Source: Octopus bimaculoides (lineage: Eukaryota). Taken from it: 64,000 nt of DNA. The notes under the pieces were generated by a model, which saw only the letters and a program-made list of their open reading frames with translations, was not told the origin of the DNA and ran no database searches. A program made the position numbers and the translations under genes. The DNA is taken from positions 61,158,136 to 61,222,135 of the forward strand of contig NC_068983.1 of the NCBI RefSeq assembly GCF_001194135.2. The letters are read 5' to 3'. Positions 1 through 10,329 of the stretch are shown piece after piece (the first letter of the stretch is position 1; each line of letters begins with the position of its first letter).

Positions 1-17
1 GAATCATGAATATTTAT

Positions 18-545
18 CATCATCATCATCATCATTTAATGTCCGTTGTCCATGCTGGCATGGGTTGGATGATTTGACCAGGGCTGGTAATATGAGGGGC
101 TGCACCAGATTCCAGTCTGATTTGGCTGGATGCCCCTCCTAACACCAACCACTCTCCAAATGTAATGGGTGCTTTTATGTGCCACCGGCATGGGTACCAG
201 TATCTGTCACAACTACAATTTCACTCAGCTCGATGGATCTTCCTTCTCAAGCACAGCATACTGTCAAAGGTCTCAGTCATTTGTCATTGTCTCTGTGAGG
301 CCCAGTGCTTGAAAGGTGCTTTTCATGTGCCACCTGCACAGTTGCCAGTTCTGCGACACCAGCATCAGCCACATTGCCTCCATGAGGCCCAATGCCCAAA
401 AGGTGCTTTTTACATGCTACTGGCATGGGTGTCTGTTACAGGACACCAACAATGGCCACATCTATGATTTCACTTGGGTTGATGGTTCTTCACAAGCACA
501 ACATATCACCAAATGTCTTGGCCACTAGTCATTGCTTCTGTGAAG
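18..545 (-). mobile_element. RTE-type 3' UTR/tail repeat (5'-truncated LINE end or RTE-tailed SINE)
   Basis: (CAT)n at 18-35 followed by the reverse complement of the tail aacccatgccagcatgg...gacattaaatgatgat; contains internal gtgctttt(n)atgtgccac units like the RTE 3' UTR at 46540-47030. Confidence 0.75.
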
Positions 546-726
546 GTTTTCTGAGGCTCAACAGTGAATTAGGTAAAGTACCAGACTCTTACATCATGTT
601 GTATTTTCACCCAGAGAATAACTCACCTCTATGTGTCTAATGAAGAAATCATAATTTGAAACTTCAATGTATTTATGAACTTCTCTTTTCTTGTTAAAAT
701 TAATTTTAAATCTGTTTCAAACCTAG

Positions 727-896
727 GTCTGCGACCCCACAGCTGCATCAAGTGTAACTACAAAGCAACAACTAGCAGTAACTTAAAACGCCACATGGCA
801 ATACATGCAGACCTTCGAGAATATAAGTGCAACCAGTGTTCTCATTACTTCAGACAGAAAATCCACTTAGAGAGACATATGAAGTACAAACATGAA
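727..896 (+). CDS. C2H2 zinc-finger protein, penultimate coding exon (2 fingers)
   Basis: ctag acceptor at 725-726 (phase 1, G-LRPHSC linker); CIKC..HMAIH and CNQC..HMKYKH; donor gttagt at 897 (phase 0) joins in frame to 1569. Confidence 0.85.
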
Positions 897-1568
897 GTTA
901 GTAAATAGAAATTTTCTTTTCCTTACATTCTGTTCTGCAAGACATTAATGCTACCTTTATAAAGTTTTGTTACACATACAAAATATATCCTAGTAAATTT
1001 CCACTTTCTTCTTTTCACTATTCAGCATTGCTTCCTACAATACTATACTATGTAACTTATCTTTACAATTAATTATTCATTAGACAGATTAATGTGTAAG
1101 AGCTATTGTAATGCATCATTCTAGCCAACATAGACTTTAACAAGATGTTATGCAACACTTGAGGCAAGTGTCTTCTTTGCCAAGGCTCTGGTTGAGTAAT
1201 ATCTCATATCTTTTGCCAGTGTATGTCAGTAAAGTATAAAACCATCCTGATAAGCTGGTGATACTCCCCTCTCACACTTGCTGACAAAAATGTAGTAAGC
1301 CAATAATAGACTCATTGAAAACCTGTAACGAGTGAAATATAAAATAAAATAAGTATAATAAAAGGGACATATATTGAAATACAGGAAAAAAGTATCAAAA
1401 TATCAATCTGCATTGATTTACATAGTCTTATCTCAGTCTGTCACTCATTCCCTGTCTATCAATCAGCATCATAGATGTAATATTAGTTATATGGTAGGAA
1501 ATTGTTTCTTTAAAAAAGCTGAAAATTTAAAAATAATGATAATTGTTATCTATCTTGCTTTCTTTCAG

Positions 1569-3125
1569 GAGAAAAAAATCCGTTGTCCTCTCTGCACCTA
1601 TGTATGTGCAAATGAAAACCCAGACCTGAAAATTCATATTAAGCGACGCCATGTGACATCTGAGTCTACTGATGGTGCAATGCAAGCTTTCACTTGTGGT
1701 GATTGTGGCCTAGTTACGATGAGCAAGAAAGATTTGAAGCAACATGCCAAATTCCATCGCAAGGGACCTGAACTAAAATTATTCTGTGAGCAGTGTAGTT
1801 TTGTGACTGACTGTGAAAGTCGTTTAAGGCGACACGTCCTGACTCATACAAAAGTGAAGCCATTCAAATGTGGCTTGTGTGAATATCGTGGATCTCAGAA
1901 GGAACATGTATTAAGACATATGAAATCACGGCATAGTATAGATATCCAGCGTAACCCCCGGCGACAGCGAGATGATGAAAACGGCCTGGATAATCTGGAA
2001 CGAGACAAAGGTGATTTTACAAGTCGTGATAAAATCTTTGCTTGCAATCATTGCACAATGAAATTTTCCAAGTTGATCAATCTCTATAAACATTTGCATA
2101 CACAACACAAAACTATCATGCCATCAGGTGGGCAGAATGAATTTTATTGTGTAGTTTGTGATTTCAAAACCATCAACAAGAAGAATTTACTGGTGCATAT
2201 GCGTAAACACAACATGCAAGAGCAAAATCCACCTTCTCATGTATATTCATGTGTTCTCTGTCGCTATGTGAACCCAAAGCGACGGAACTTATTCCAACAC
2301 ATGATGAAAAAGCATGGTATTGAGATTGTGATGAATATGAAAGATGACTGGTCATCGAGTTGTTTTATTGACAATAATGTTCCCACAGTACATGATAAGG
2401 GAGAGACTAATGAACCACAAGTAATGACTGTAAATAATAATGTTGTGACAACTACTAGTGATGACTGCAACCAATTGATGGTTGTTACTGATGATGGTGG
2501 AAGTAATCCTGTACAGACTGTCATTACAATTGAGGATTTAGCTTCTTCAATGACTAAACCAGTGAAAATGGCACAGGTCACCTTACCACCTGAAACTGAA
2601 GAACTTTCCCACAAACAGCTCACTGATGATTTGACACAGCAACAACACGCAGCTGATGCTGTGGAAGGTTTACAAGCTTTGGCAGAACAGCCAGGGATTG
2701 TTGAACCTGATTCTCACTCTCAGTCTGATGATAATGAAGATGATGTTATCCTTGATGATGAGGATATCAAAACAGAGTCAGTTGAGACTGAAGATATATG
2801 TAATCCATCTCCAATTGCAGCTGATGCACCAGCATTAGTTCTTAACCAGTTGCCAGATGATGGTGAGGTGAAAGATAGTGTTGAGCTCACTTCTGACCAG
2901 ATTGTGCACTTGTCACCTGGTGACTATGTTGAAATTAATGGAGAACTTTATAAAGTGGAAATTTCTACAGAGCCTGCTGAAGAAACAGTAACAACAACCG
3001 GTGATAATGGACTAGAAGCTGTTCCTGTAACAGCAGCTGTATCTGAACTATTTGGAGCTCTTCCTAATTATGATACAACTGTAACTGTTCCTCCTGCATC
3101 CTCTACCTCTACTTTTGTAGCGTGA
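1569..3125 (+). CDS. C2H2 zinc-finger protein, terminal coding exon (7 fingers plus acidic, low-complexity C-terminus)
   Basis: tttctttcag acceptor ending at 1568; EKKIRCPLC... with seven CxxC-x12/13-H-x3/4-H motifs; long open frame to TGA at 3123-3125. Confidence 0.92.
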   Translation, partial: EKKIRCPLCTYVCANENPDLKIHIKRRHVTSESTDGAMQAFTCGDCGLVTMSKKDLKQHAKFHRKGPELKLFCEQCSFVTDCESRLRRHVLTHTKVKPFKCGLCEYRGSQKEHVLRHMKSRHSIDIQRNPRRQRDDENGLDNLERDKGDFTSRDKIFACNHCTMKFSKLINLYKHLHTQHKTIMPSGGQNEFYCVVCDFKTINKKNLLVHMRKHNMQEQNPPSHVYSCVLCRYVNPKRRNLFQHMMKKHGIEIVMNMKDDWSSSCFIDNNVPTVHDKGETNEPQVMTVNNNVVTTTSDDCNQLMVVTDDGGSNPVQTVITIEDLASSMTKPVKMAQVTLPPETEELSHKQLTDDLTQQQHAADAVEGLQALAEQPGIVEPDSHSQSDDNEDDVILDDEDIKTESVETEDICNPSPIAADAPALVLNQLPDDGEVKDSVELTSDQIVHLSPGDYVEINGELYKVEISTEPAEETVTTTGDNGLEAVPVTAAVSELFGALPNYDTTVTVPPASSTSTFVA

Positions 3126-4279
3126 GTGCAACTTTGCTGTAAACTATTGTTAATGCTGTACAGCTGTAAGGGCACAGTGCTGCAGGGACATCGAACACAG
3201 TTTAGAGTGTAATATTTTGCCAGAAAGAGGTAAAGAACTGCAGAATCTATAATGTAGAGTTGCAGAAGTCGATATGTGTATGTGTGTGTGTGTGTGTGTG
3301 TTGATCTGCAGGACTAGCATTTGAGTGCTAATGTGGAAGAGTGTATACCACATAGGTCACTCTAGTACTTGTGCAGTTGTATAAACTTTGAAGTAAAGAC
3401 TTCTTTAAAGTTATATTTGAGCTGTTTGTTGTAGATCAACCATTAAAGTTTTAACACAATTATTGATCTTATTGTCCAGGATAGCTACTGCTGCTGCTAC
3501 TTCTACAGCTACTACTTCTACGACTAATCTTGATTTTCTTTTTGATCATCAGCAGCTTTTGATTATGTCTTGTAATTGGTTTAAAATCATTTGAAGTTAA
3601 GGATTTGTAATTACATTTTAATTTTGTTTCTTCTCTGTTCTGTGATTAATTTCAACATTTCTGATAAAACAACAAACAAATAAAGAAACACCAACAGCAA
3701 CAGCAACAAGCTCAAGAACAACCAAGAAAGCAGTTCCCCAGCAGCATTCCTAAATTTAAATAAAAATGTCCTGCCCTAAAGCCTTTTGGTTCATGCAAAA
3801 GAGAAATGATTTTTCTATCTTCTTTCCCCAAGATAAACTGTTCCTGTTTAAGGATATCCTTTCAAGGGATGAGTTTGAACTAAAGAATTGTTGAAGAATA
3901 TTTGTTGATGTTTAGTTTTTCCTTTAACATTCTTGATATTTCTTCTGCAGTCTCTAGTTCACACATTTTCTCTTTCTTCTTGTGTGTGTGCATATGCGTG
4001 CGTGCGTGTGTTAAATAGTAGAGAAATGGATAATATACTAAAGTTATAATGTTAATATCTTCAGTGACTCACAACATCAAAATTAAGCTGTCATTGGAAA
4101 AAAGGAAATATTACAGATTGTGTTACACAACAAAAATGTGACAAAAAAAAATTTATTTTTATTGTTATACTAATAATTTTGAAAATTATTTCTCTATTCT
4201 CAGGTTGATAAATAACTTGTGAGTGAAATTTGGTAAATGGAAACTAAGTGGAATCCTGTTGTGTGTGTGTATATATATA

Positions 4280-5720
4280 TTGTATTGTCAGATAAATTCA
4301 TTTGTTTTGTTTTTTCCATTTATTTTAATTCTTATTTTTCATCAGCAATTTTAACAAATAGGTCGATAATGTAATCTTCTTTATTGTTTATGACTTCTTA
4401 CCAATGTTCTATTAGCTTTTCAATACTTTGACAGTAGAAACCACTGGGTCTTCACTCAAAGAATTCATTGATCCACTTTTTCAGCTCCATGTTGAAAAAG
4501 ACTGCTGGAGGGCAGCTGGAAAAAGCATGTAAACGAACAACCGTGCGAACCAAGGAGAATGGCAACGAATAGGAGAAGCTCTTTTTACACACGTCGTATG
4601 GTCGCCACAAAACAAGTAATATAACATAAGATGGGCTCGCAATGAGATGCGAGCAAGTGCTAGCAATGGAATGAGAGAGTGACAGACAACCGTTAGATAT
4701 ATAAAGAGTAGGTTTATTAACATAGTGAACTGTGTGTGTGTGTGCATGCGGCAATATAAATAACGCAGGCCTTCGTGTGAACAATAGTGTGTATACAACA
4801 ATATGTGTGTGAAGTTAAGCGTCGATGCTGGACTGGTTACTTGGTACAGAAGATTCTCGCTGGTTGGTCTGGCTGTTCTTCGTGGTGGAAACAATCCACT
4901 CAAACAGTGTTGAGATGAAACCGCGGTTGTTGGTGTGTGTACTCTGGTGGTGGTGCTGGCGATGGAACTGTAATAGACAGTAGATTGGTGATGTTGACGT
5001 CGTCGCTGGAAACTGGCTGGTGCTGTGTTCTGTGTGTGGTCTGCAACAAGACCTGTGAGAGGTCTAAAGCCGAGACAAACTGGCGTGGTTGAAGCAGGCT
5101 TATTTATAGATGAAAAAGGGCTCACTGGAAACCGGCAGAAAACACTCTCTCACATGACCTTATTAGAAGGCCACGATTGGACGGTATGCACCCTGGCGTG
5201 AAACAGAACTGTTGACAAATGCCGCACAAATAAGAACTAATCAGGGTGATGGACACAAGGGTCCAAGCGGCCGAAAGCTAGATGTTAGCCGCCACATTAT
5301 CATTTGTAATTAAATACCGGAGAGAGAGGTTTCACTACAGGCTATAATCTGAAGATGTTATATCAGGAGACTACAGTGGGTGCAATAGACCTTACCAATC
5401 AAGTGAAGATGATGGTTAACAGTATCATGAGAGTATCTCATTTATGGATTGATGTGGATCCTCATGGATGAGCTTGTTCAATTGATATTCAATGAACTAA
5501 ACAGGTCGGCTGAAATGCAGAGCATCTGTGAGGTCAAATTTCTCTTCCTTGTCATGTGAAAACATTTTCTATGCAGTTCTTTCAGTAATAGTGTTTTCAC
5601 ACACAACACAAATTTCTCAAGCTGTTTTTGGCAGCTTTGGAACCTTGATTGAAAGCAAAGAGAAGCAGGTGTCAAAAATGCTCATTTTTTTACCTTCTTG
5701 GCAATCTGTCATCATATCTC
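4280..5720 (-). mobile_element. Degenerate mariner element, internally deleted and split by an LTR insertion
   Basis: Minus-strand translations FDLTDALHFSRPV*FIEYQLNKLIHEDPHQS, HPL*SPDITSSDY and ELKKWINEFFE*RPSGFYCQSIEKLIEHW*EVINNKEDYIID match mariner transposase; the sequence is interrupted at 4528-5339. Confidence 0.75.
4528..5339 (-). mobile_element. Putative solo LTR (812 bp)
   Basis: TGTA...TACA termini lie exactly at the mariner interruption; TATAAATA (5108-5101) and AATAAA (4718-4713) on the minus strand; GC/CpG-richer than flanks; no clean TSD. Confidence 0.6.
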
Positions 5721-6065
5721 TGTAAAGAAGTAAAATTTATTCACATTTAAAAAGCAATAAACAAAAATTGTAGAGAAAGAATAGAGCTATAAAAAACCAT
5801 AAAACACTGTGATGGAAATATAAAAATATTTTTTGTATTGGAAAAAAACAAATGAATATCTAACAACCCATTATATATATCTGTACATATACATAAATGT
5901 AGAATATTGGAATGAGTGCTCAACACTACATTGGTGGATAGATAGATTGTTTTCTAAAATGGAGGCAAACAACTTTCATGCGATCGAAAAATTGTGAAGA
6001 TACTTGGATATTCTTCTACTCTTCTTAACATGAAACAAATGGTAGCCTTTATTCACAAATAAAGA

Positions 6066-6108
<43 letters not shown>

Positions 6109-6317
6109 ACGAGGGGTAATGGTGTCAATAAGACCCAAAGGTGTCAGGTAATGCTGAATAAGTGCTATGGACAGACTATAGTTAAGCTCCAGGTTCTGTG
6201 ATTATGCGAATAAGGAGTCCAATGTAGGTCATATATTAGCATGCATATATATATAAAAATTAACAGAATGAAATAAAAATCCATGGCTGTGAAAGATTTC
6301 AGAACATTTATAAATAG

Positions 6318-6365
6318 GTCCTACAGCTGTTTCCGGGATATTTTATATATCCCTTCATCGGAGAC
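6318..6365 (-). ncRNA. Minimal type I hammerhead ribozyme motif (A1)
   Basis: Minus strand: GTCT-CCGATGA-A-GGGATAT(ATAAA)ATATCCC-G-GAAAC-AGCT-GTA^GGAC; stem I GTCT/GGAC, 7-bp stem II, palindromic stem III; core carries U4C. Confidence 0.65.
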
Positions 6366-6675
6366 GGTGTGAGAAAATGGTTAAACAATAGTTATTCTAG
6401 AGAAGATATGAAATAGAGAGTAAAGTGGAGGAATGAAAATAAACATGAGATATGCAGGGATATTGTATCTGTAGTTCCATTATTTAGGCAGAATGGTATA
6501 TATATAAGAAGTAAGTTCCAAGGTACAAGAATCTTATATATATACCATTCTGCCTAAATAATGGAACTACAGATACAATATCCCTGCATATCTCATGTCT
6601 ATTTTCATTCCTCCACTTCACTCTCTATTTCATATCTTATCTAGAATAACTATTGCTTAACCATTTTCTCACACC

Positions 6676-6714
6676 GTCTCCGATGAAAAGATATCCCAGA
6701 AACAGCTGTAAGAC
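6676..6714 (+). ncRNA. Minimal type I hammerhead ribozyme motif (A2), stem II collapsed
   Basis: GTCT-CCGATGA-AAAGATATCCCA-GAAAC-AGCT-GTA^AGAC; perfect 4-bp stem I; stem II shortened relative to A1; same U4C. Confidence 0.6.
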
Positions 6715-6811
6715 CTATTTATAAATGTTCTGAAATCTTTCACAACCTTGGATTTTTATTTCATTGTTAATTTTATATATATATGTTTCTTATTTACGAT
6801 TGACGGATGTT

Positions 6812-6854
6812 AACACGTTTCAGCTGATATACCGTCCAACCTTCATCAGGTGTC
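6812..6854 (-). ncRNA. Minimal hammerhead motif (B1), cleavage triplet missing
   Basis: Minus strand: GACAC-CTGATGA-A-GGTTGG(ACGGTATA)TCAGCT-GAAAC-GTGTT; intact CUGAUGA and GAAAC, but no stem III/NUH between GAAAC and the stem I 3' strand. Confidence 0.6.
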
Positions 6855-6923
6855 TTGGGGAAATTTCGAACCAGGGTTCTCATTCTTAAGGTATTTTTCG
6901 TTGTTATGATTATTATTATTATT

Positions 6924-6997
6924 CAGGTCACTACCTGGAATCGAACTCAGAATCTTGGGCTTAGTAGCCCGTGCTTTTAACCACTATGCCATATGCC
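6924..6997 (-). promoter_or_regulatory. tRNA-derived SINE head with Pol III A and B boxes
   Basis: GGCATA-TGGCATAGTGG (A box)...GGGCT-ACTAA-GCCC...GAGTTCGATTCC (B box). Confidence 0.8.
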
Positions 6998-7100
6998 TAA
7001 GATTCCGAGTTCGATTCCAGGCAGTGACCTGAATAATAATAATAGTAATAACCTCGAAAAATACCTTAGGAATGAGAACCCAGGTTCGAAATTTCCCCAA

Positions 7101-7143
7101 GACACCTGATGACGGCTGGAGGGTATATCAGTTAAAATGTGTT
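7101..7143 (+). ncRNA. Degenerate hammerhead motif (B2)
   Basis: GACAC-CTGATGA-C-GGCTGG(AGGGTATA)TCAGTT-AAAAT-GTGTT; GAAAC decayed to AAAAT; lacks the triplet as in B1. Confidence 0.5.
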
Positions 7144-7371
7144 AACAAACAAGATGAGGACAAATATCCATCACTTGTAAATGATTCCTCATCTCTTAAA
7201 TATAGAACTATACATGGTACATAATTTAGAATTCATAATTTGTCTGCATATTGTGTATAGTCACCTCCCAGATAAAAACTGGGTTTTGTATTATTTTCCG
7301 CAAAGGCTTATGTCTTTATTAGGATTACTTTTATGTTATCGGTTCCCTTATTTTCCAAATGTTGTTTAGAT

Positions 7372-7840
7372 GGGATGCCCTGCAAGAATTCCTGAACACT
7401 GACAACCTAGTTCTCAAGGATGAATCAGTTAAAGAGTTAAAGAAAAAGTTCCAAACAGGAGGTCTTGCAGTGCATCCTGTCTTGAGCTCCTCTATAACAA
7501 CACCTGGAATATAAGGGAACTGGTAACCTAGGCCTGATAGAGATGAACCTGCATGCTATATTTCCTAATGAGTCTTGTTACTAACTCATTTTGGTGAAGT
7601 CACTTTTGTACATGGCTTGCACAGCTCTCACATGCCTTTATCTACATAATTTTCTTAGCAACCACCAGACTACATAGCATGGGATATGTCAGAGGCCTTC
7701 TCCAGTTTAACAAATGCTAGGTACAATGGCTTACTCTTAGCTAAGAACTTCTGTAGTTGTTTATTAGGAAGTGGCTATCAGTGCTACCATGTCCTGTCAT
7801 AAACCCAAATTACATCTGATCTAATTTAACTTACCTCTTA
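7372..7840. mobile_element. Degenerate RTE reverse-transcriptase fragment with an internal inversion
   Basis: 7372-7465 (+) encodes EFLNTDNLVLKDESVKELKKKFQ (cf. ELLYTDDLAL..ELEEKLQ at 48 kb); 7473-7840 resembles the minus-strand RTE at 48100-48380. Confidence 0.65.
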
Positions 7841-9179
7841 ATTAGTTGTGCTATAATTCCTTTTATCACTATCATAACTTAGGCCATCAATTTGATTCTT
7901 CTGCTGATATTTCTTTCTAGAACATTGATTCCCACTTTTTTTTTTCAGTTTTATCTGTCTAAAGTCTGACAAATTCAAATTACTCAGGCATAAAATGAAA
8001 CATTGTGCATTACATAAAATAAGTACATAATTCTCATACAATTCAGCACTTATTGTTCAGTGCTACTTTAGATTTAGTTGTTTTCTTAATATTAGATTTT
8101 AGATGTGTGGTTTAGTTTTTGATAGAGCCAACCTCTTATCTGTGCTTAGAGCTATCTGGTTTCTAGTTTTGGACTAGAAATTGTTGGTAAATTGTTGAGA
8201 AGCTAAGTTCTTTCATAGGTTATGGAAAATGGAAAAAGTTCATTGTTCCTTGTTGATTCCAGAAAGATGCAATAACCTTAAACGTGTCAAATGAGCTACT
8301 TGTCATGAAATATATCTCCACTTCAGAAATTATATCATCTTTGACTTCCTTTAAAAACAAATAGTCAAATTAATTTCCAAAGCATTGTCATCATAATCAA
8401 CTATTTTAAATTTATAAGCAAATTTATTGGATTTATATTTATAATGTACTGTATAATAAATATATATTACAAAAGTTGAACTGACTGAGAGTTCAAGTGT
8501 TGCTATCAGCTTATTTAACTGGTTGAATAGGTTGTTCAGTGAAACTGGAAATCCCATTTAACACAAATTTTATAAATTTGTCTTTATTTGCTGTATTAAG
8601 ACACCTTGTTAGTAAATGTTCTATTGTTATTTTTAAACTAGTTTTAAAATATCTCAATTCATAAAAATATTTCAAAATATGATTATAAAAATGTGAGCTC
8701 CTTTAAGGTTAATGAAAACTCTCCAGGAGTAAATGTCTGGCTATAGGTCCCCTGCAGTAGCATGAGAGAAATAAAGGTATGATTCAACAACGCTATTTAA
8801 ATCAACCTCAGCTAAGATAATCTAACTCGAATCAAGTTTACATTTTATGTTATGCCAAAACACTTTTGAGTATTGATTTAATTTTAAATATGGGTCAGTA
8901 CCAGTTACACATTCTAGTTATGGCTTTGCATATGCAGATATGATTTTAAACAATAGAGAACTCAACAAAAAATGCAGTGTCTAGTAATTTTATTAAGATA
9001 CTGAATTAGTCATTGATATCAATCAGCTATTGGTTTCACTATATCTTCAGATCATAAGGTAGTATTATTTCAACCTTCTATGACTAGTAAATAAACACCC
9101 TTATAATCATTAAAATTCATTTAAATCTGAAATTATACTTTCAAATTATCTATTAATTATTATAATGTAAATATCTAAT

Positions 9180-10276
9180 AACCAGTAGACCTGTCCTTTG
9201 CATTTTTCAATGCAAGAATTCTATTGGGCGTGCTACTGATCAGATGACAAGTATTCTCTCGAGGAGTTTCATACAGAAATCTCAAAAGGTCTGGCTTTGA
9301 GGATGCTTTCTTGTTCTTTTTATGAAGTGTCCTGTCCATTATTCCTCAAAAGTGTTCAATAGGGTTCATATCTAGTAATTAATTGGCTTGGCCATGGAAG
9401 CTTTTTAATGCCATTCTCTTCCAACCAATCTTGGGTCTTTTTAACTGTGTGGCAAGGAGCCCTATTGTCCATAAATAAAGAGTCTTTAATCATTTCACCA
9501 CTGGAGAAGATTGGAAGGAGTCCTTCCTGCAATATGGACACATATTTATTTGAGTTTATGTTTCTCTCAAGCAACATCAGCACTGATTGACCATTGCTCC
9601 CCACACTTTCACAGAATAGCCGCTGTGTTTTATTGTTGGCTGCAATCTTTTCACATCAAATTCTTGATCACAGTCTCCAGATCCACACTCAACCACTGTC
9701 AGAAAATACAGCAAACCTGGATTCATCTGAGAATATGATAGTGTCCCAAAATGTTAATGGCTTCTCCACTATCTTACTGGCCCAATCTTTTCTCTGCTTG
9801 ACATTGGTTGGTCAAAGAAGTGGCTTCCTTCTTCTTGCTCTGTCAGTAGCCAAGTTTGAGGAGATACCTGACAGTTGTTCTAGGACTGACATCAATTTGT
9901 TCTAGGTCAGGCCTTGCAATGAGGATTATCTTCCGTACTTCTCTTAACAAAGTGAAGGGTCCTGGTCAACCTGGATGAGGGGATGTAGACTCTTTCCCTC
10001 TCTAGTGAATTGCACAATCACTTTATTAACTGTAGAAAGTGAGATTCCAAGGTTTTATGTTATTTTATGCTAAGTACACCTTCAGACTGACCCACAATAT
10101 GACTGCTTTGAAATTCCGACAGTTCCAAGGCTTCTTTTGTATGTGGCATGATTAAACAGTCACATATAGAACCCGAAACATAAAAATGCCAATTAATAAA
10201 AAATATAAACCTTTTTAATTTAAAATAAACATAAAATAATGTTTTATGGGATGACAATTTACTTGTCAAGTCTGTG
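9180..10276 (-). mobile_element. Tc1-like (DD34E-type) transposase pseudogene
   Basis: N-terminus MPHTKEALELSEFQ from ATG 10149; catalytic region ...INSNKYVSILQEGLLP...APCHTVKKTQDWLEENGIKKLPWPSQ / LDMNPIEH with stops and frameshifts. Confidence 0.85.
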
Positions 10277-10278
10277 TA

Positions 10279-10329
<51 letters not shown>

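Larger units (their letters stand above)
6244..6785. mobile_element. Fold-back element A: long inverted repeat of a Penelope-like pseudo-LTR segment
   Basis: Arms 6244-6509 and 6532-6785 are near-perfect reverse complements around a 22-nt spacer; each arm is bounded by (TA)n and holds one hammerhead core. Confidence 0.85.
6786..7210. mobile_element. Fold-back element B: tRNA-headed SINE with hammerhead tail (minus) plus a 5'-truncated inverted copy (plus)
   Basis: ~6810-6961 is the reverse complement of ~6996-7146; order tRNA head - (ATA)n - gaaatttccccaagacacctgatga... on both arms. Confidence 0.8.

Noticed and set aside
1374-1568. N-terminal 65 aa of the 583-aa ORF
   Set aside because: Intronic: AT-rich and non-conserved-looking; a clean acceptor at 1568 splices in frame to the upstream finger exon
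6924-6997. Functional tRNA gene
   Set aside because: A and B boxes are present but the acceptor stem does not pair, and it is embedded in a repeat with an (ATA)n linker; it is a SINE head
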